Of a DNA stretch of 64,000 bases, positions 48,368 to 62,400 are shown piece after piece. Position 1 is the stretch's first letter. Every line of letters begins with the position of its first letter. Made by a program: the position numbers and the translations under genes. Below the pieces are notes generated by a model, which saw only the letters and a program-made list of their open reading frames with translations, made no database searches and had not been told where the DNA came from. This DNA comes from Takakia lepidozioides (lineage: Eukaryota > Plantae > Bryophyta), in NCBI GenBank assembly GCA_030704615.1, contig CM060732.1, positions 34,286,001-34,350,000 of the forward strand, in the 5' to 3' direction.

Positions 48368-51041
48368 ATGGGGCACAGCAAGATTCTGATTGTGGGAGCA
48401 ACGGGATACATTGGTAAGTACATTGCCAAGGCAAGCGCTCGCCTCGGCCATCCGACATTCGTCCTCGTCCGACCATCCACAGCCTCTAGTCCCGTCAAGA
48501 AAGAGCTCCTTGATTCATTCCAAGCCGCCGGGATCGCAATCTTGCATGTAAGAGCTCGTCTTCTCCCAGTAGTCTTCGACAGCTGAAATTAGCAGCTTTC
48601 ACTTGAGTTGGGTGCGGAAGTGTTGCATATTGCGCGTACAGAGAGGAAGTGGGGTGACCTAGAACAGGAACTGCAGCTTCTGGGAGTCCAAACTTTGGTA
48701 CACTACAATTGGGGTGTACATAGTTGTATAGGTTTCATCCGAAGGTGGATTTTCACAGGGTTCCAAGCTGCATCAAGCACTTGGTACTTTTGCATGCATT
48801 CATCACCCCGACGTTTATGTGCATGATGTCCATGTACATTAATTCTGCATACATGGCCCACTTGTTTTGTACAGGAATGTAGTCGGCTTCAAAAACACAA
48901 TTTACGCACATCCATTGCAACTGGGCTGATTTAGTTCAATGCAACTTCAACCGGTTCTGTGGCTCCAATTCTCGATTTTGTAATTACTAGCTAGCAGCTG
49001 ACTTGCCGATCATTCCAGTCCTGAATCTAGGAGCTCCACGACATCTGACACCATCTAGGCACGACAAATTTATGCAGGGGGATATAACAGACAAGGAGAG
49101 TCTGGTGGCGGCCTTGAGGCAAGTGGACGTAGTGATCTCCACGGTAAACGGACCACAAGTGCTTGACCAGCTCACGCTCCTTGAGGCAATTAAAGAGGTC
49201 GGACACATCAAGGTAAACTGCCAACGCAGAGATTTGCATTGCAATATTGCTAATTCACCTAGCACAGCACTGGACAGGTCTAATCCTTGGAGATCTGATG
49301 TCTAGTTCTCGTCTAGTTTGACCACTAATCGTGGGCATGGATTCAACATAACTCCCCCTGATCCGTGCACCAACACTGGGATCCTTCGATCAAACCTTTA
49401 AATGCTCCCTGCTTGGCGCACGAATATGATGGACTTGAGTTAGCAATCCATATACTAAGTCCGAATGTGCATCAGGAAAGGCACAAGGAACAGCTTTTCT
49501 TGGACCTTAAAGGTGTGAAGTATGTAACTGGTCAGGAGATTCGTCAGGCTTGACGTAACTATTTACACATGCACTGTAGTTTTCTGCAGAACTTCCAAGT
49601 CGCGAAAATTTTAGGTCAGGACCAACCGGCACGCAACACAGGCGTACCAGTTGTGAGCCTGGAAGTGTAAAAGCGTACCCTTGAAACTTGCAGACTGTAG
49701 GCGGCCACGGAATTGGAAAAAGTATGCTGCAAGTTGGGGTAGATAATTTCGCCCTGAATCTCTTTGCGGGTGCAGAGATTCCTTCCTTCGGAGTTCGGTG
49801 GTGACCCTGAGAGATCGACTATTTTGAAGCAAACAGGGGTCATTTTCAAGCCTAAAATACAAGTGCGCAACGCTATCCGACAGGCAGGCGTCCCATACAC
49901 GCTCGTGCAGAGCAACTCCTTTGCACGCTGGGGTTTTCCTGTACTAGGGTTCCCAGGCCCCCAGGCTAAGGAGATCACTATTTGGGGTACTGGAAATTGC
50001 AAAGGTTCGTGCTAATTTCCGCACTCTTCTGTGCATCTTTAGTCTGTGAGCACAAAATGGGAGTAAGGAGAAAGCTGCTCAAGACAGGGAAGTTATTCGG
50101 CCTTCATAGTACTCAGCATAGTACTTACGTAATTGGAATTCTGGTAACTTCAACTTGTTGTCTGCCGTTGAGAGTTCTAGCTGACATAAATGGTCGCATT
50201 GTGCTGACTGTTCAAGCAGCTGTTTTTGTGGATGAGGAGGACATTGCCACTTTTACCATCAAAGCCGTAGACGATCCCCGCACTCTTAACAAACAGCTTG
50301 TGATCCGCCCACAACCCGACATAGTCACGCTCAATGAGCTTGTGGCACTGTGGGAAAAGAAGACCGGCCACGAATTGGAGAAGACTTATCTTCCAGAGGA
50401 TGATTTACTGAAGAAAATTGAAGGTGAACTTCAATCTTACTTTCTGGGAGTTAATCTCTGGGACCAGAAAGGTAGGCTGGGTAGTGCAGTTGAGTGAGAT
50501 TGCAGAACGTGACAAATTGATCAGTCTAGTTCTGCATACATGGTTCCGCCCTCTCTATGTCAGCGGTCGCCTTTGCCCACCTTCCCAGGTTCTTCACATG
50601 GATAGCAGCTGCGAACATCAAGCTCTCTTTTTAGAATACATTGATCAAACGGGCCAGAGGGTCTACCCACACCTGTATCCAGAGAGTCATTGGAACTGTG
50701 TAAATCCATTCGGTCGAAAGACAAATTTAGCTGTAGAATACGGGCCTGAAAAGGATAACTTCTCAAAAGACCTCATTCTTTATCCGCTTGACCCAATCTG
50801 GACTGACCTGGAATGTGGTGGTCATTGCTGGAAATTCTCAACCTGATTGGATTGAACGTACGTGGCTGTCTATGCAGAGACACCATTTCCAGAAAATGGT
50901 ATTTCCCTCATCACGTACGGCGTCTTGGTGAAGGGTGAAGAGTACTTCGAGCTAGGCGCTCATGACGTGGAGGCAACTGAGCTCTACCCGGATGTCAAAT
51001 GTGTGACGGTCGATGAAAACTTCAATAAATTACTGGCTTGA
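48368..51041 (+). CDS. PCBER: PIP-family NmrA-type reductase (phenylcoumaran benzylic ether reductase/isoflavone reductase-like), 303 aa; exons 48368-48547, 49078-49212, 49776-50004, 50220-50423, 50878-51041
   Basis: GATGYIG Rossmann motif, VDVVIS, RFLPSEFG, catalytic Lys in FKPKIQVRNAI, DDPRTLNK, ATELYPDV. All introns GT-AG; exons total 912 nt and splice in frame to TGA. Symbol is family-level. Confidence 0.93.
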
Positions 51042-51535
51042 GACCCAACGTCAAGGATTGAAGTAAAGTAGTCTCATATTACAAGTATTACTCTCCAGTA
51101 CTATAGCAGGAATACTATCTGCTGCTTTCACTTATACCAAGACCAGCGGTCAAAATGGGTCCTGCATTTCGAGATATTCTGCACTGTCACCACGGGCTAC
51201 GTAGAGATTTCGAGATTACACTGTTTACTTTGGGGAGTGAGAAGGTAGTGGTGTCCAGATTATGTCTGCATACACCACCGGCTATGGCGATACCATTTCA
51301 TGAACTTGGAAGAACACTAGGGGAACTGTGGTAGGGAAGTCGATGGCTTCACCAGACAAATGGACCTTGCACCTGGCTATAATAAGCAGTTCATGTCTGA
51401 AAGCGCAAATGCTTGTATCGTCCTGTCCATCCTCAGTCTACGGCTGGAGATACTTCGCGTAAGGATCTCTGAAGTAAAGTAGCCTCATACCACAAGTAAT
51501 ACTCTCCAGTACTATAGTAGGATTCATATATGTTT

Positions 51536-52130
51536 ACTTTTTCTTTTTCTTTTTACATTTTTAAACTTTTATTTTTAGAATGGAAATCTGAAGTGCCTAT
51601 GTACAAAAACTGGGAGACGGGCGATGGAGCTCTGCGTTATGCGGTGTGAGGGCGAGCGCCGCAACCACCTTCTTGCGACGCCTTCCAAGCTTCTTGCTCA
51701 TCTCTCTAACTAAGTCTTACAGCGCCATCCAATCATTCCCTCATCATCATGGGCAACATAAATGGTAAGATCTGGAGTCCACAAACTATGAACACAACAT
51801 CATTGAGAGAGGTCCCAGCCTGGAGGAGGGCCACTATTGCTGGTTTTCTTAAGATAATAGTGATGATGCCAGCGGATAAGATGCTACCAGATTTCATCAG
51901 GCTGCCAATGGATGACCAAGGAAATTACTTTTCAGTCAAGGTCTCTGAAGACAGAGCACACACACAGCATGTTATTACTATGGATTATCTGGTCACCTCA
52001 GCTCAAACTGCCCTAAAGCAAAAAAGAAAAGGATGGGTAAAGTTTAGGTTGGCTGCAAACAATCGTCTGCCACACTTGCCGAGTCGTAGCATATATGTCT
52101 ACAAAATGCAAGGGGCAAGTCCTGGTTGCC
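51536..52130 (-). mobile_element. Possible 3' end of a degenerate LINE
   Basis: T-rich run at 51536-51577 (poly-A on minus) next to Trp-containing decayed coding-like sequence; no diagnostic motif read. Confidence 0.25.
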
Positions 52131-52422
52131 ATTTGTGACCACCAGAAGTCGTATATGGTTACCTCCGCCACGTCAGGATTTGCGGTCAAACACGTTCGAC
52201 CAGATAGGGGAAGATGGTAGATACGACTAGGAGTCATGGCCAAAACTGCAATAGGATGACGTGGGCATGGGAATGTATGATTGCCAATATTCACGACTGC
52301 ACGTGGCGATTGCCGGTTGCCCAAGGAGTGTCTACGTGGACGATGCAAACATAAATGGATGAAACAGATGCAAGATGTGATTGCAAATGACAACATGTCA
52401 ACATATCATTGCTCGCAGGCAC

Positions 52423-53030
52423 TAGCCCCCACCCTGTGAATGAAAGAATGAATGGATGAATGGATGATTAGGATGACTTAAGATGAGTGAATTAAGATGA
52501 ATTAAGATGAATGAACTAGGATGAATTAGGATGAATGTGCTTAAATTTAGGGTTGCTAGGTCACAGTGTTAAGTATGAGGATAATAAGTAGTAAAAACAT
52601 TTAACTACTGTTTCACTGACCCAGCAGATTAACACTAAACTGATCGACTACCGGTTAAGGTTAGTGAAACAAAACGACTATATTATCTCAACGAATGATA
52701 CACAAACGCATTGCTAGCAACTATTGGATGAACGTATCAAACATAACTTTTGTGCACTGGATGAACGTATGAACGAATGATACAACAAACGTCTTGTTGG
52801 CAACTATTGGATGAACATAGGGATAAATAATAATGCAAATGCTGAGCTCACAGTATTGGATGAACTGAGAGTGAAACTCATTTAAAGATTCATTTAGGAT
52901 GAATGGATGAAATTAAAATGGCCAAAAAATAGAAAAATAAATGAATGGATGGATGTATTGATGTAAACCCAAAATCCATCCATGTATTGTTACATTCATC
53001 CATCCAGTCATGAGTAGAGGGGACTTAGCA
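52423..53030. mobile_element. MITE-like element with degenerate TIRs and GGATGAA repeats
   Basis: Left CTAGCCCCCACCCTGTGAATG..GAATG vs right reverse complement CTAAGTCCCCTCTACTCATGACTGGATGGATGAATG; AT-rich and non-coding. Confidence 0.45.
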
Positions 53031-53399
53031 TTTTTTTTTGGTCATCCATGCCATCTCTGTTTGTTTTCTTTGTGTCGAGTTTGATCGTGAGAGACAACAA
53101 TCAGGACGGAGCTATGTTTGCTTTCTTATAGTGTCGAGTCTGATCATGAGAGACGTTGATCAGGGCGGAGCTATGTTTGTTTTGTTTTAGTGTTGAGTCT
53201 GATCATGAGAGACTACGAGCGGAGCTAGTGGGGGGGCCGGACATGGACTCAAACCCTAGAGTTGATGAAGATGTGGTGCATGATGTGGCCATTGACTACT
53301 ATGGGAGCGGCTGGCCACCTTCACGATGGACAACCGCAATCGCAAGGTGTGGCTTTTTCTCAATGTACAATGTGAAGAAGTTTGTCCATCTTGCAACAA

Positions 53400-54050
53400 A
53401 AAGGCTTAAAGCCAAATGCGCTTGCGACCTATGAGCAAATGATTGAGCAAGGGGTATTGCCCAACAAAGTCATGTTCATTTGCGTTCTCAAAGTATGTGT
53501 GAGCCTGGCAGCCCTGGAAAAGGGCAAACGGGTCCATGTTGCATCGATGTTGGAACAGAGTCATATTTGAATCTGGAGAATACTCTCGTTGATATGTATG
53601 CCAAGTGTGGGGCTGCAGCTGGCAAGTGGGGTGATCCCACAAAGGCGAGAGCAATGATGAAGGATAAAGGTGTCAAAAAAGAGGCAGGGCACAGCTGCAT
53701 TGAGGTTGATAATCGGGTGCATAAGTTTACTGTGTGAATCGAGTGAATCTGATGCAAAGAGAAGGTGTGAAGGCAGATAAGGTCATTTTCTTGTGCATCA
53801 TGAATGCATGTTCCAGCCCATTGTTGATAGAGCAAGGCAAGCAGCTCCATGAGGGCATCATTAGAGCTGGATTTCAGTCAAATGTCAGTATGGGGAACGC
53901 CCTCGTCAACATGTATTGCAAATGGGGGGGGTGTGGAAGATGCACGGGAAGTGTTTGCAAAATTGCCCAAGCGCGATGTGATCTCATGGAATGAGATGAT
54001 GGCTGGATTAGCTCAGCCAGGTCACACACAAGAGGCACTTGAACTATTGA
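53400..54050 (+). pseudogene. PLS/E-class PPR fragments including E2 and PG-box
   Basis: VMFICVLKVC, TLVDMYAKCG, KWGD..ARAMMKDKGVKKEAGHSCIEVDNRVHKF, DAREVFAKLPKRDVISWN. Confidence 0.88.
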
Positions 54051-54277
54051 CAGTGCAGCAAAAGGATTCTACTGAGAAAATTCGCCCTTTACATACCAGA
54101 GTGGCTGAGCCTGAACAGGAACTACAAACCCTACATGTGATGATAGTTGGACTCGGCAAGACTGCCAAGTCTGCTGAGGAGATGGTAGCTCCTCATGTGG
54201 GTAATGCAACGGTAGTTAATGCCAAAATTTTGTTGCTTCAAGGATTGCCGCAATCACACCTGAAAGCTGTTGGAACA

Positions 54278-57200
54278 ACTTGATCTTTTGGCGGCTGACT
54301 TAACTGAGTTCAAACATGAACAATGCAGCTCATAGCAGCAGGTAGCAGAGCTAGTCATGGGCAAAGAGGTGCATGGGGATATCATCAAAGCTGGAATTGT
54401 ACCAAACATCATTCTGATCACTGCCCTGGCAGCTCTGGAAAAGAGGAAAGAGGTCCATGGCGACATCTTCAGAGCTGGATCGTACCAGATTTCATTTTGA
54501 ACAACACCCTGGTGGACATGTTTGCAAAATGTGGGTGCATCTAGGATGCAAAGGGAGTGTTCAACACTATGGCTGAACAAGATGTGGCGTCGTGTAAGCC
54601 TGGCAGCCCTAGAGAAGGGCAAAGAGGTGCATGGGGATATCATCAAAGCTGGAAATACCAAATGTCATTCTAAACACTGCCCTGGCAGCTCTGGAAAAGG
54701 GGAAAGAGGTCCATGGCGACATCTTCAAAGCTGGAATTGTACCAGATGTCATTTTGAACAACACCCTGGTGGACATGTTTGCAAAATGTGGGTGCATCTA
54801 GGATGCAAAGGGAGTGTTCAACACTATGGCTGAACAAGATGTGCCTTGGAAAGGGGAAAGAATTTGGTGGTGTGGAAGCAGGGTGACTTCGCCCATGGTA
54901 TATATAGGCATTCTGTTCATTGCATGGCACGTGAAGGACCATGAGTTGCATAGTCTCAATTACCTGCACATGGGGGCGACCTGGTATGCGGTGCTCGAAG
55001 ATGCAGCCCCTGCTCTTGAAGAAACTGTGCAAGTTCATGGTAATGCGCCCAACTTGATCCACGAGGTAGTTCACTTTGCATTACACACAACTTTCATTGT
55101 TGGCTCCCTCCAGCAAATGCCCTTGTGTGAACAGAGTTGGTCTGCGAGATCTATGTCTTGATTTGAACTCTTTTGGGTATCAGGGTTTTGAGATGGATGC
55201 ACCTTGATGTATACTAGGAAATAGGATGGTTTGAGGGGCACACACTATAGATGTGGAACTTCAGTTATCACTAAGATCCAGGTTTGAATTCAGACTAAGG
55301 AGGCTTTGTGCAAGTGCAGCTTTGAAGGGAGTTTCACACATAGGCATTCTGTGAAACAAACACGCCTGCTATCACTATTCTACTTTGATAAAAGCAACCT
55401 TGTATCTGACAAGACTTTGACTCCTCATCGCTTGTATGTCTGAATGTGCTCATTAAGTAGGCGTTGCATGGCTTAAGTGTTTGTTGTATTATTTTGGTGT
55501 ACAACATTTGCTATTTTTGAGTAAAATTGTCAACAAGTTTGATTCATTTGTCATGGCACGTTATTGGCAGATGCTTTTGCACGTTTGGGGGAGAAGACAA
55601 CTATATTGTCACCGGAAGTATTGGTTGCTGCAGATGTGCCACGTTGCAGGTTGGTCAAATTGCCCACATTTTGTCTTACTGTGACGTAAGTTAAGATGTT
55701 GAACTTGGAAGTGGAGGAAATGTTTATACATCCCTCTTTCTCAATTTGAGGAAGGCAATTTTTCTTCTTTTGATTGTTTTGATGAGAATGTCTTGGTATC
55801 TTTGTCATGCATGAGCTGGCGGATTTAGGATTGCAGCAAGTCTTTGGTTCTTTATAGGTGATGCTTCAATGATCTCACCGCTCCCTCCCCAAACTCCGTT
55901 GTCCGTCTATGTCAATGATTGGTGAGCCACCAACTCTTTGCAACCTTGTTGTGGGCTTTGCTTATCATCTGTTGGTGGTAGGCTTGTGCACAATGCTGGT
56001 GAGTATATTGTGACCTTCCCACGTCCCTATCATCTGGGCTTCAGCCATGGCGTGACCCCCAACTCCTACCTTATTTGTGAGTTGGTTATCAGCTGGTGGC
56101 AAATGATAATTTTGTTTCCTTTGAACTTAGCCCAGAGGTGTTCTTCTGTCAAATGTATCTTTGGTACTAAGCCAGTAAAGAATCCCCTGCTACATGACAT
56201 GCCTATTGCATGAATCAATGTCCTTTGAAGAACCATTGCAGCATAAGTGACCAGCTCTTTGCATCTCTGATGTACCATTTAAGGCTCTATTCCCAATAAC
56301 ACCCTTAGAGCTGGGTGCGAGGTTTCAGTCCACCAGGATTTATGAGACTAGACCCAAATTGCCATGGGAATTGAATGTGGATTTATGTCCATTATTTATG
56401 AATTGTGAGGTTGATTTCAGACTGCTCCTCTAGCAGAAAGAGAGCGAGGGCTAAGACATGTGGATAAAGGGGCTGAGAGGAAATGTTCCTGATGGTATGG
56501 CATGGCAGCTCGGATGAGGCATCATGGAAGCATGCCGCAGAGTTATTGGATAATGTGGCAGCACGGGGAGACCAATGGGTTTGAGGTGCCTTGCCTGTTC
56601 ATAGCTGCCAAAGATGACCTTGAGCCTGATCCTGCTTGCATCCACAACTCTGAACGGGTGTGGATCCTACTTTTGTTCATGTGCATGGCTGTCTTGGCCA
56701 TGGCAGATTTGTTAGTCTCAGAATTTCTTTCCTTTCCATTCATGAGGATTGTGTAGTCTGTCTTAAGGTGGGCATGTAGTGTGGATTTTGGTAATACATG
56801 ACTAAGCTGCTCATACACCCTTATCTGCTGGTTTTCATTCACTACCCACTTTGGATTGGTAGCTGGCATGCACAGGCAGCCTGTTGCTAACCAGTGCTTG
56901 CTTGGGATATTATCTATTATGTTAGTTTGTTTCACATATGTCAATGTTGATGTTGCTATATTGCCTGAAAGCTTGCTCATGTATCTTCTGCCGTTTTCGG
57001 GCTGGATGGTAGTTGAAGGTGGGTGACCAAGTCCAGCCAAGCCAGTGTATGCATCTTCTGCTCAGGCATTTGGAAGTCTACTAAGACTTTGCAGCTTTGT
57101 GCATTCTCACGGCAAACATTTGTGCAAAGCTCTGCTCCTTGCCCCTATTGCCCCTCAAAGACTGCTCCCAGCTGGCTTTAGGAAGTCATCCCTCCATCCA

Positions 57201-59030
57201 AAACCCAGTGGCTACTTGCCTCACACCATTGATCTTCCACAAGCATCCACACCCGACATTCTTGGTGATAGACAGAGACAACATGAACTTCGACTAGATA
57301 TGGATCTCAGTACGTGACGTCCAATCCTTCATCTCCAAGAGCCCTATGGACAGCAGCCCAATTCCTACATTATGCAACAAAATAAATGATTACTTCCACA
57401 CTAACCTCCCAATGTTATACTCTCTCCCATCCACTTTGGCAGTCGTCACCTAGGGAGCATACTCTGAGGCGTTTCCAGGCCTTTGTGATGACCTCACCCC
57501 TAACACACACATTCTAGCTATCATGGACGAAGACTCTCTTCTGGCATCTACCAGGTCAACTCTGCCAGGGGTTTGGCCTCAGGAAGATCACTACCAAGGC
57601 CTATATACTCAAAGCACATATCTGATCAGATCCAATGACACTTTACAGAACGCCTTCTCAGTTCTGCAAGCCATCTCTGAAGCCGGAAAAGAGGGAGAGA
57701 ATGGAGCAGGGAAGAAGCAACGCTCGGTAGGCCTCATCAATGCAGCTCCAAGCCCAACAAACGCCGCATTCATCCCAGCTATATAGTGAACCTGCAGTTC
57801 ACAACGCTCTTCTACCTTCCCCAACACCTACTCCAGTTGCATCCCTCCCGCTCTTTGTGAGTCCCCTATCCCCTACTTGGTCCATTCTTATTTGTTCTTC
57901 CATGTCAATCCTAAACTCCGTAGCAAATGCAAGATCCTATGCCTCCGACCTATCATTTCTCTCCTATCCTCTTGGAAGATCCTACCCTCCATAACCTACC
58001 CGCCCTCGCAAGATGATTTTGCTCGAATCCTAGGTCCTCACCCCCTACCTCTCCAGTCTCCAATTTCCATTAAGACATCGCTATTGCACACTGGAAGATT
58101 CATACCTTTAAACTACTCGAGAATCCCTCTCAACATTTCTCTCAGTACCCCAGTCATATTTGTCCTCCTCAATAAACCAATTTACACTGCAACCATAAGC
58201 CATTTTTGGTCACCCTCCTTTATTCCGTCCGACAAACGAATTAGAGTCCGATTCTTTGCATCCAAGCCATCAAAGAGTCAAGTCCCCTCAGCGTGTCGCC
58301 AGCCCTAGACGCATGTTAGTTTATCCTCTTGGAATATCCGTGGCCTCGGTTTGGATGAGATGGCTCTAAAACAAATTAAGCTATCGGCGTGGCTGAGACC
58401 ACTACTCCCTTCTTTCTCTATTGTCTTGCTTCAGGAACGCAAACTATGCGATAGGAAAATTAGAAACCTTACAAACCAACTCTGGCCTAAAGATTCAGCT
58501 ATTTGGAAACCCTCCTATGAAGGTTCAAGGGGAGGCACAGCCATCCTCCTCTCGCCTTCCCTAAAGTAGTTTCTCATTAAAGACGAAGTCTGGGAGGAAG
58601 GGAGAGTGCAATTCTGCTCTCTCCTCTTTCCCAATGACTCTGAGCCAATTGGCTTCATTAACATTTATGCTCCAAATGAACCAGCTCCTAAAGCCGCACT
58701 TTGGGACAAAACCCGCCACCTAATGTCTCTCCATATCGACATCAGTAGATGGGTCATGGCTAGAGACTTCAACATGGTAGAAAATGAATGTGATTGGAAA
58801 GGCAAAGGCCCCCACCACCTCAGCCCCGAGGAAAACTCAGCCTCGCAATGTCTGTTGCAAACCCACATCCTAGCAGAAATAGACCGTCCGCCGTTATATC
58901 GCGTAGGCACCTCCCCATTCTTCACCTGGACCAACAACAGAGATGTCAACGATCTTAGCATGGCTAGACTGGATAGATTTTACACCTCTCTCTCGCTTTC
59001 ACTGGCCACCTTCTCTTGCCCCCAGGAACC
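54278..59030 (+). repeat. Segmental duplication copy B: PPR 54355-54845, JmjC 54878-55065 and 55981-56049, MIRO 56509-56657, LINE
   Basis: Collinear with 30903-40938 but lacking 32028-36951 and ~38760-39025. Confidence 0.92.
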
Positions 59031-60795
59031 CATACCCCTTGGTTTTGATCACGCTCTCATCTCAGCCATTCTCAAGCTCCCCAACTCTCATCCCAGAGGA
59101 AGAGGAGTCTACAAGCTTAACTCTTCCCACCTCAAAATACCATCATTCGTGGAAAGCTTAAAGACAACATGGTTGGCATCTGGCAATCTGTTCCATTGCC
59201 CAATTGCTAGATTCCAAAGAAAGCTAGCAGTGGTATGCAAGGTTAGTCAGTCCCTCAGCCAGGAGATAACAGCCTCTCAGAAAAAAAAAAAAAATCCCAA
59301 GCACTTCAAAAATGTTTGGGGATCTGCCAGAAAAAGATTGAGGCCCACTCTTGTGATGCACACACATTTCAAACCTATCTAGAGGCAAGATACAACTTGG
59401 ACCAATTCAATCTCCTCAAGGAAAAGAAAATGAAGATGCAAGCAGACATAAACTGGTCAACCAAAGGAGAAAAGATGTCCAAATACTTCTTCTAGAAACT
59501 GAAACTCCGTAGGGCAAGCCAAGCCATTTCCGAGCTCTACACATACCCTCTCCAGACCTCAACTTCTCCTGTTCCTAGGAAAATGTGTGAAGCTGTTTTC
59601 AACCATTTTTCCCCATTGTTTTAGGCCGATCCAAAAGATCACCTCTTCCAGGACAGACTTTGGGATCGCCTCCGGACCATCCCTCAATCTCTTCCTACAG
59701 AAAATAGTGAGGAGCTTGAAAATGACTTTGAGCCCCAAGAGATAGAGAAAGCCCTCAAAACCATGAACAACAACAACGCTCCAGGGCTTGATGGTATGCG
59801 TGTGGAATTCTTCAAGGCATTATGTCCCTCCATCTCTAAGGACTTATGTGACATGGCCAACGCCATTAAGGGCCGAGGCTTCATGCCCGAGACCATGAAC
59901 CAAGGCATCATTACCCCTACTCTACAAGAAAGGGGATAGGGCATCGCTCAACAATTACAGGCCAATCACTCTCCTCAACGTCACATACAAAATTATAGCC
60001 AAGACACTAGCTCTGAGGCTTCAGCCCCTGCTCCCCTCCATGATCAGGACAGGACAGGCTGGCTATGTTAAAGGAAGATTCATTCTGGACAATGTTCTTC
60101 TGGCCCAGGAAGCTTCGGCTTATGCAGCCAGCTCTGGCCAAGCACTGGCTCTTTGGTTGATAGATTTTGAAAAGGCCTTTGACAGAGTGGATTGGTCCTT
60201 CCTCATGGCAGTTAGAACTAAAGAAGTCAGGTCCTCCCCCAGCTTCTGTCAATGGGTGCAAATCCTGCTGCAAGGATCCACCAGCAGGGTCTCTATTAAT
60301 GGTCACTTTTCCAAGCCCTTCCAGCTCCAAAGGTCAGTGAGGCAAGGTTGCCCACTCGCTCCTTTCAAGTTTTCGTGGCGGTGCTTTGGGCTATATGCTA
60401 GAGAACAATCCTCAAGTTAAAGGGCTTAAGCTGCAAAATCCCAAAACTAGCATTTGGCGACAGGTAAAGGACTCCATGTTCGTAGATGACACCTTCCTTC
60501 TTATTGAGGCTAACCAATCATCCTTGGAAGCGGCGGCGGATACCCTGTCCAACTTTTGTAGTGTTTCATGATTCAAAGTGAATTGGAGCAAGACTAAAGC
60601 CCTTCTTTTAGGTGACCTCTCCAAGTCTACCATAGGAGGCAATCCAACCTGGGGCGCCCACCTAGGACTAACTTGGCTCAAGGAAGGCGAACCCACTACA
60701 TTGTTGGGTCACACATTTGGTATCAATTTAACAGATAACCAAAGATTGCAGGCCACGATGAAGAGACTCAAGCACCAGCTTTTTTACTAGGCTTA
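57107..60795 (+). mobile_element. L1-like LINE (ORF1 end, endonuclease, RT), disabled and 3'-truncated
   Basis: EN motifs as in copy A plus DH; RT APGLDG, NYRPITLLN, QAGYVKGR, IDFEKAFDRV, VRQGCPLAP, MFVDDT. Confidence 0.93.
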
Positions 60796-61525
60796 GTTTT
60801 CACTTTAAAAACAATCTTTTTTGCATTTGAGTTGAACTAATAAAGTAAAGATAATCAAGTCTAGTTTCTATTCCACTTTATGATGAATCAAAATTCCAAT
60901 TATTGAATCTTTCCTCCCAAAAAGAATTTACAGGAGTATGAGGATGTCGTGCTCCGCGTTTTGCGGTGAGAGGAACAAGGACTTAGCCGTTTCAAGGCTA
61001 GACCTTCTTCAGTCTTCTCTTAGACTGCGGTCCTTCCCTTCATCCCCTCTTAGGATTATTCCTACACTTCTCCATCGCCCTCCGCCTTCTGGGCAGTCTC
61101 ATCGGGCTTTCTTCATCGACTTCTTAAAATAGAAAGGAGAGGCCATGGCTAGGCCTGCTTCCAGATGATTGCGTGCTCAACATGCTCTTCCTTCTCTTGC
61201 TAGCCATTCATTCTTGTCTCCGCCATCTTTTGATGAATGTGCACTCTGTAAGGTGTTCTCATCTCACACGCTCGACATTTGATGCATTTGCGGCGCTATT
61301 CATTCTTCTCTGCAACTAAGATTAATGCCTACAGCGGAGTTTCACGCCACTATCTTTGGATGGGCTCTCGGATGTAACTGTCTGGCACCTTACTTGCATT
61401 GCTTATCTCTCTTTTCTCTCCTCTTTGTTGTCCTGTCTATTTCGGCGATTTCGCAGCTTGGAAGGTTTTCCATAGTGTTGCTGCTCCTTCTTCTCTGGTG
61501 TTGTTCTCACCAAACCCAAGTATCT

Positions 61526-62400
61526 ATGGCCTACGTTCAGGCTGCTGCCCATGCATATGGCCCTAGGAGGGATAATAAGAGACAGGAAAGGGGCAGGCAC
61601 CCTGGGAGAAGACCTGCGCCCGGGCCAGGCCTGCTCGGAATGGGCCCAAGGCCTCATTTTTCCCCGCCTAGACCGCAACCCAATGGAGTGAGGTGGCGGC
61701 CCCCGTCGATGAATCTCAACCCATTCTGCAGTTGAACATGGGCATCATAAAAGAGCAATCGAAGATGATGTCTGAGCAAGGGATTCTTCTCTACTTCCCC
61801 GGAAGAGTTCGAGACAGAGCCTTTGTAAGGAAATGGGCATATGAAAACCTAGGAGTGGGATGAGATCTTACCTTGCATTTTTGTGTGGCCCTGGGTAGAG
61901 GGTTCTTCTCTCTAATGTTCAGCTCTCACGATCAGGTGGAGAAAGCCTTGAGGTTTAATGTCTCCCTCTCCAAGTGTAGGTATATATATTCCCTTGGTCG
62001 CTTGAATGGGGCCATAAAGGAGGGCTAACTTGCAAGCCCAGAGTGTTGGCTTTGCCCTTCCTCCCAGGGAATTATCTTCGCTCTCTCCCGGAGATTGGGG
62101 CGCACTTTGGCGCTTTCATAGGAGTAATGAATGTCTTTGAGCAGGTTGAGATTTGGGCATCGACAACGACCTGGCATCTTATGAGGCCCAAAGAGACGGT
62201 GGTGTGCCTCATCTGGTGGTGATAATGTTGGAATCGGCTGCTATAGTCTCTTCTGTAAGACTTCCCACTCTAGACAATTCGTTTGTCTCTGTATCTGTTC
62301 AAGAGGTGATTATTAATATTTCCACTGTAATGCAGAAGGCCATGTCAAGGCAGAATGCCCGGTCCTTCTGAGATCAAAAGCGAATGTGGTCTCCTCTCTG
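61526..62400 (+). mobile_element. LINE ORF1-like fragment (DUF4283-like)
   Basis: Pro/Arg-rich start, then GILLYFPG..FVRKWA..VALGRGFFSLMFSS..VEKAL; stops present. Confidence 0.55.
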
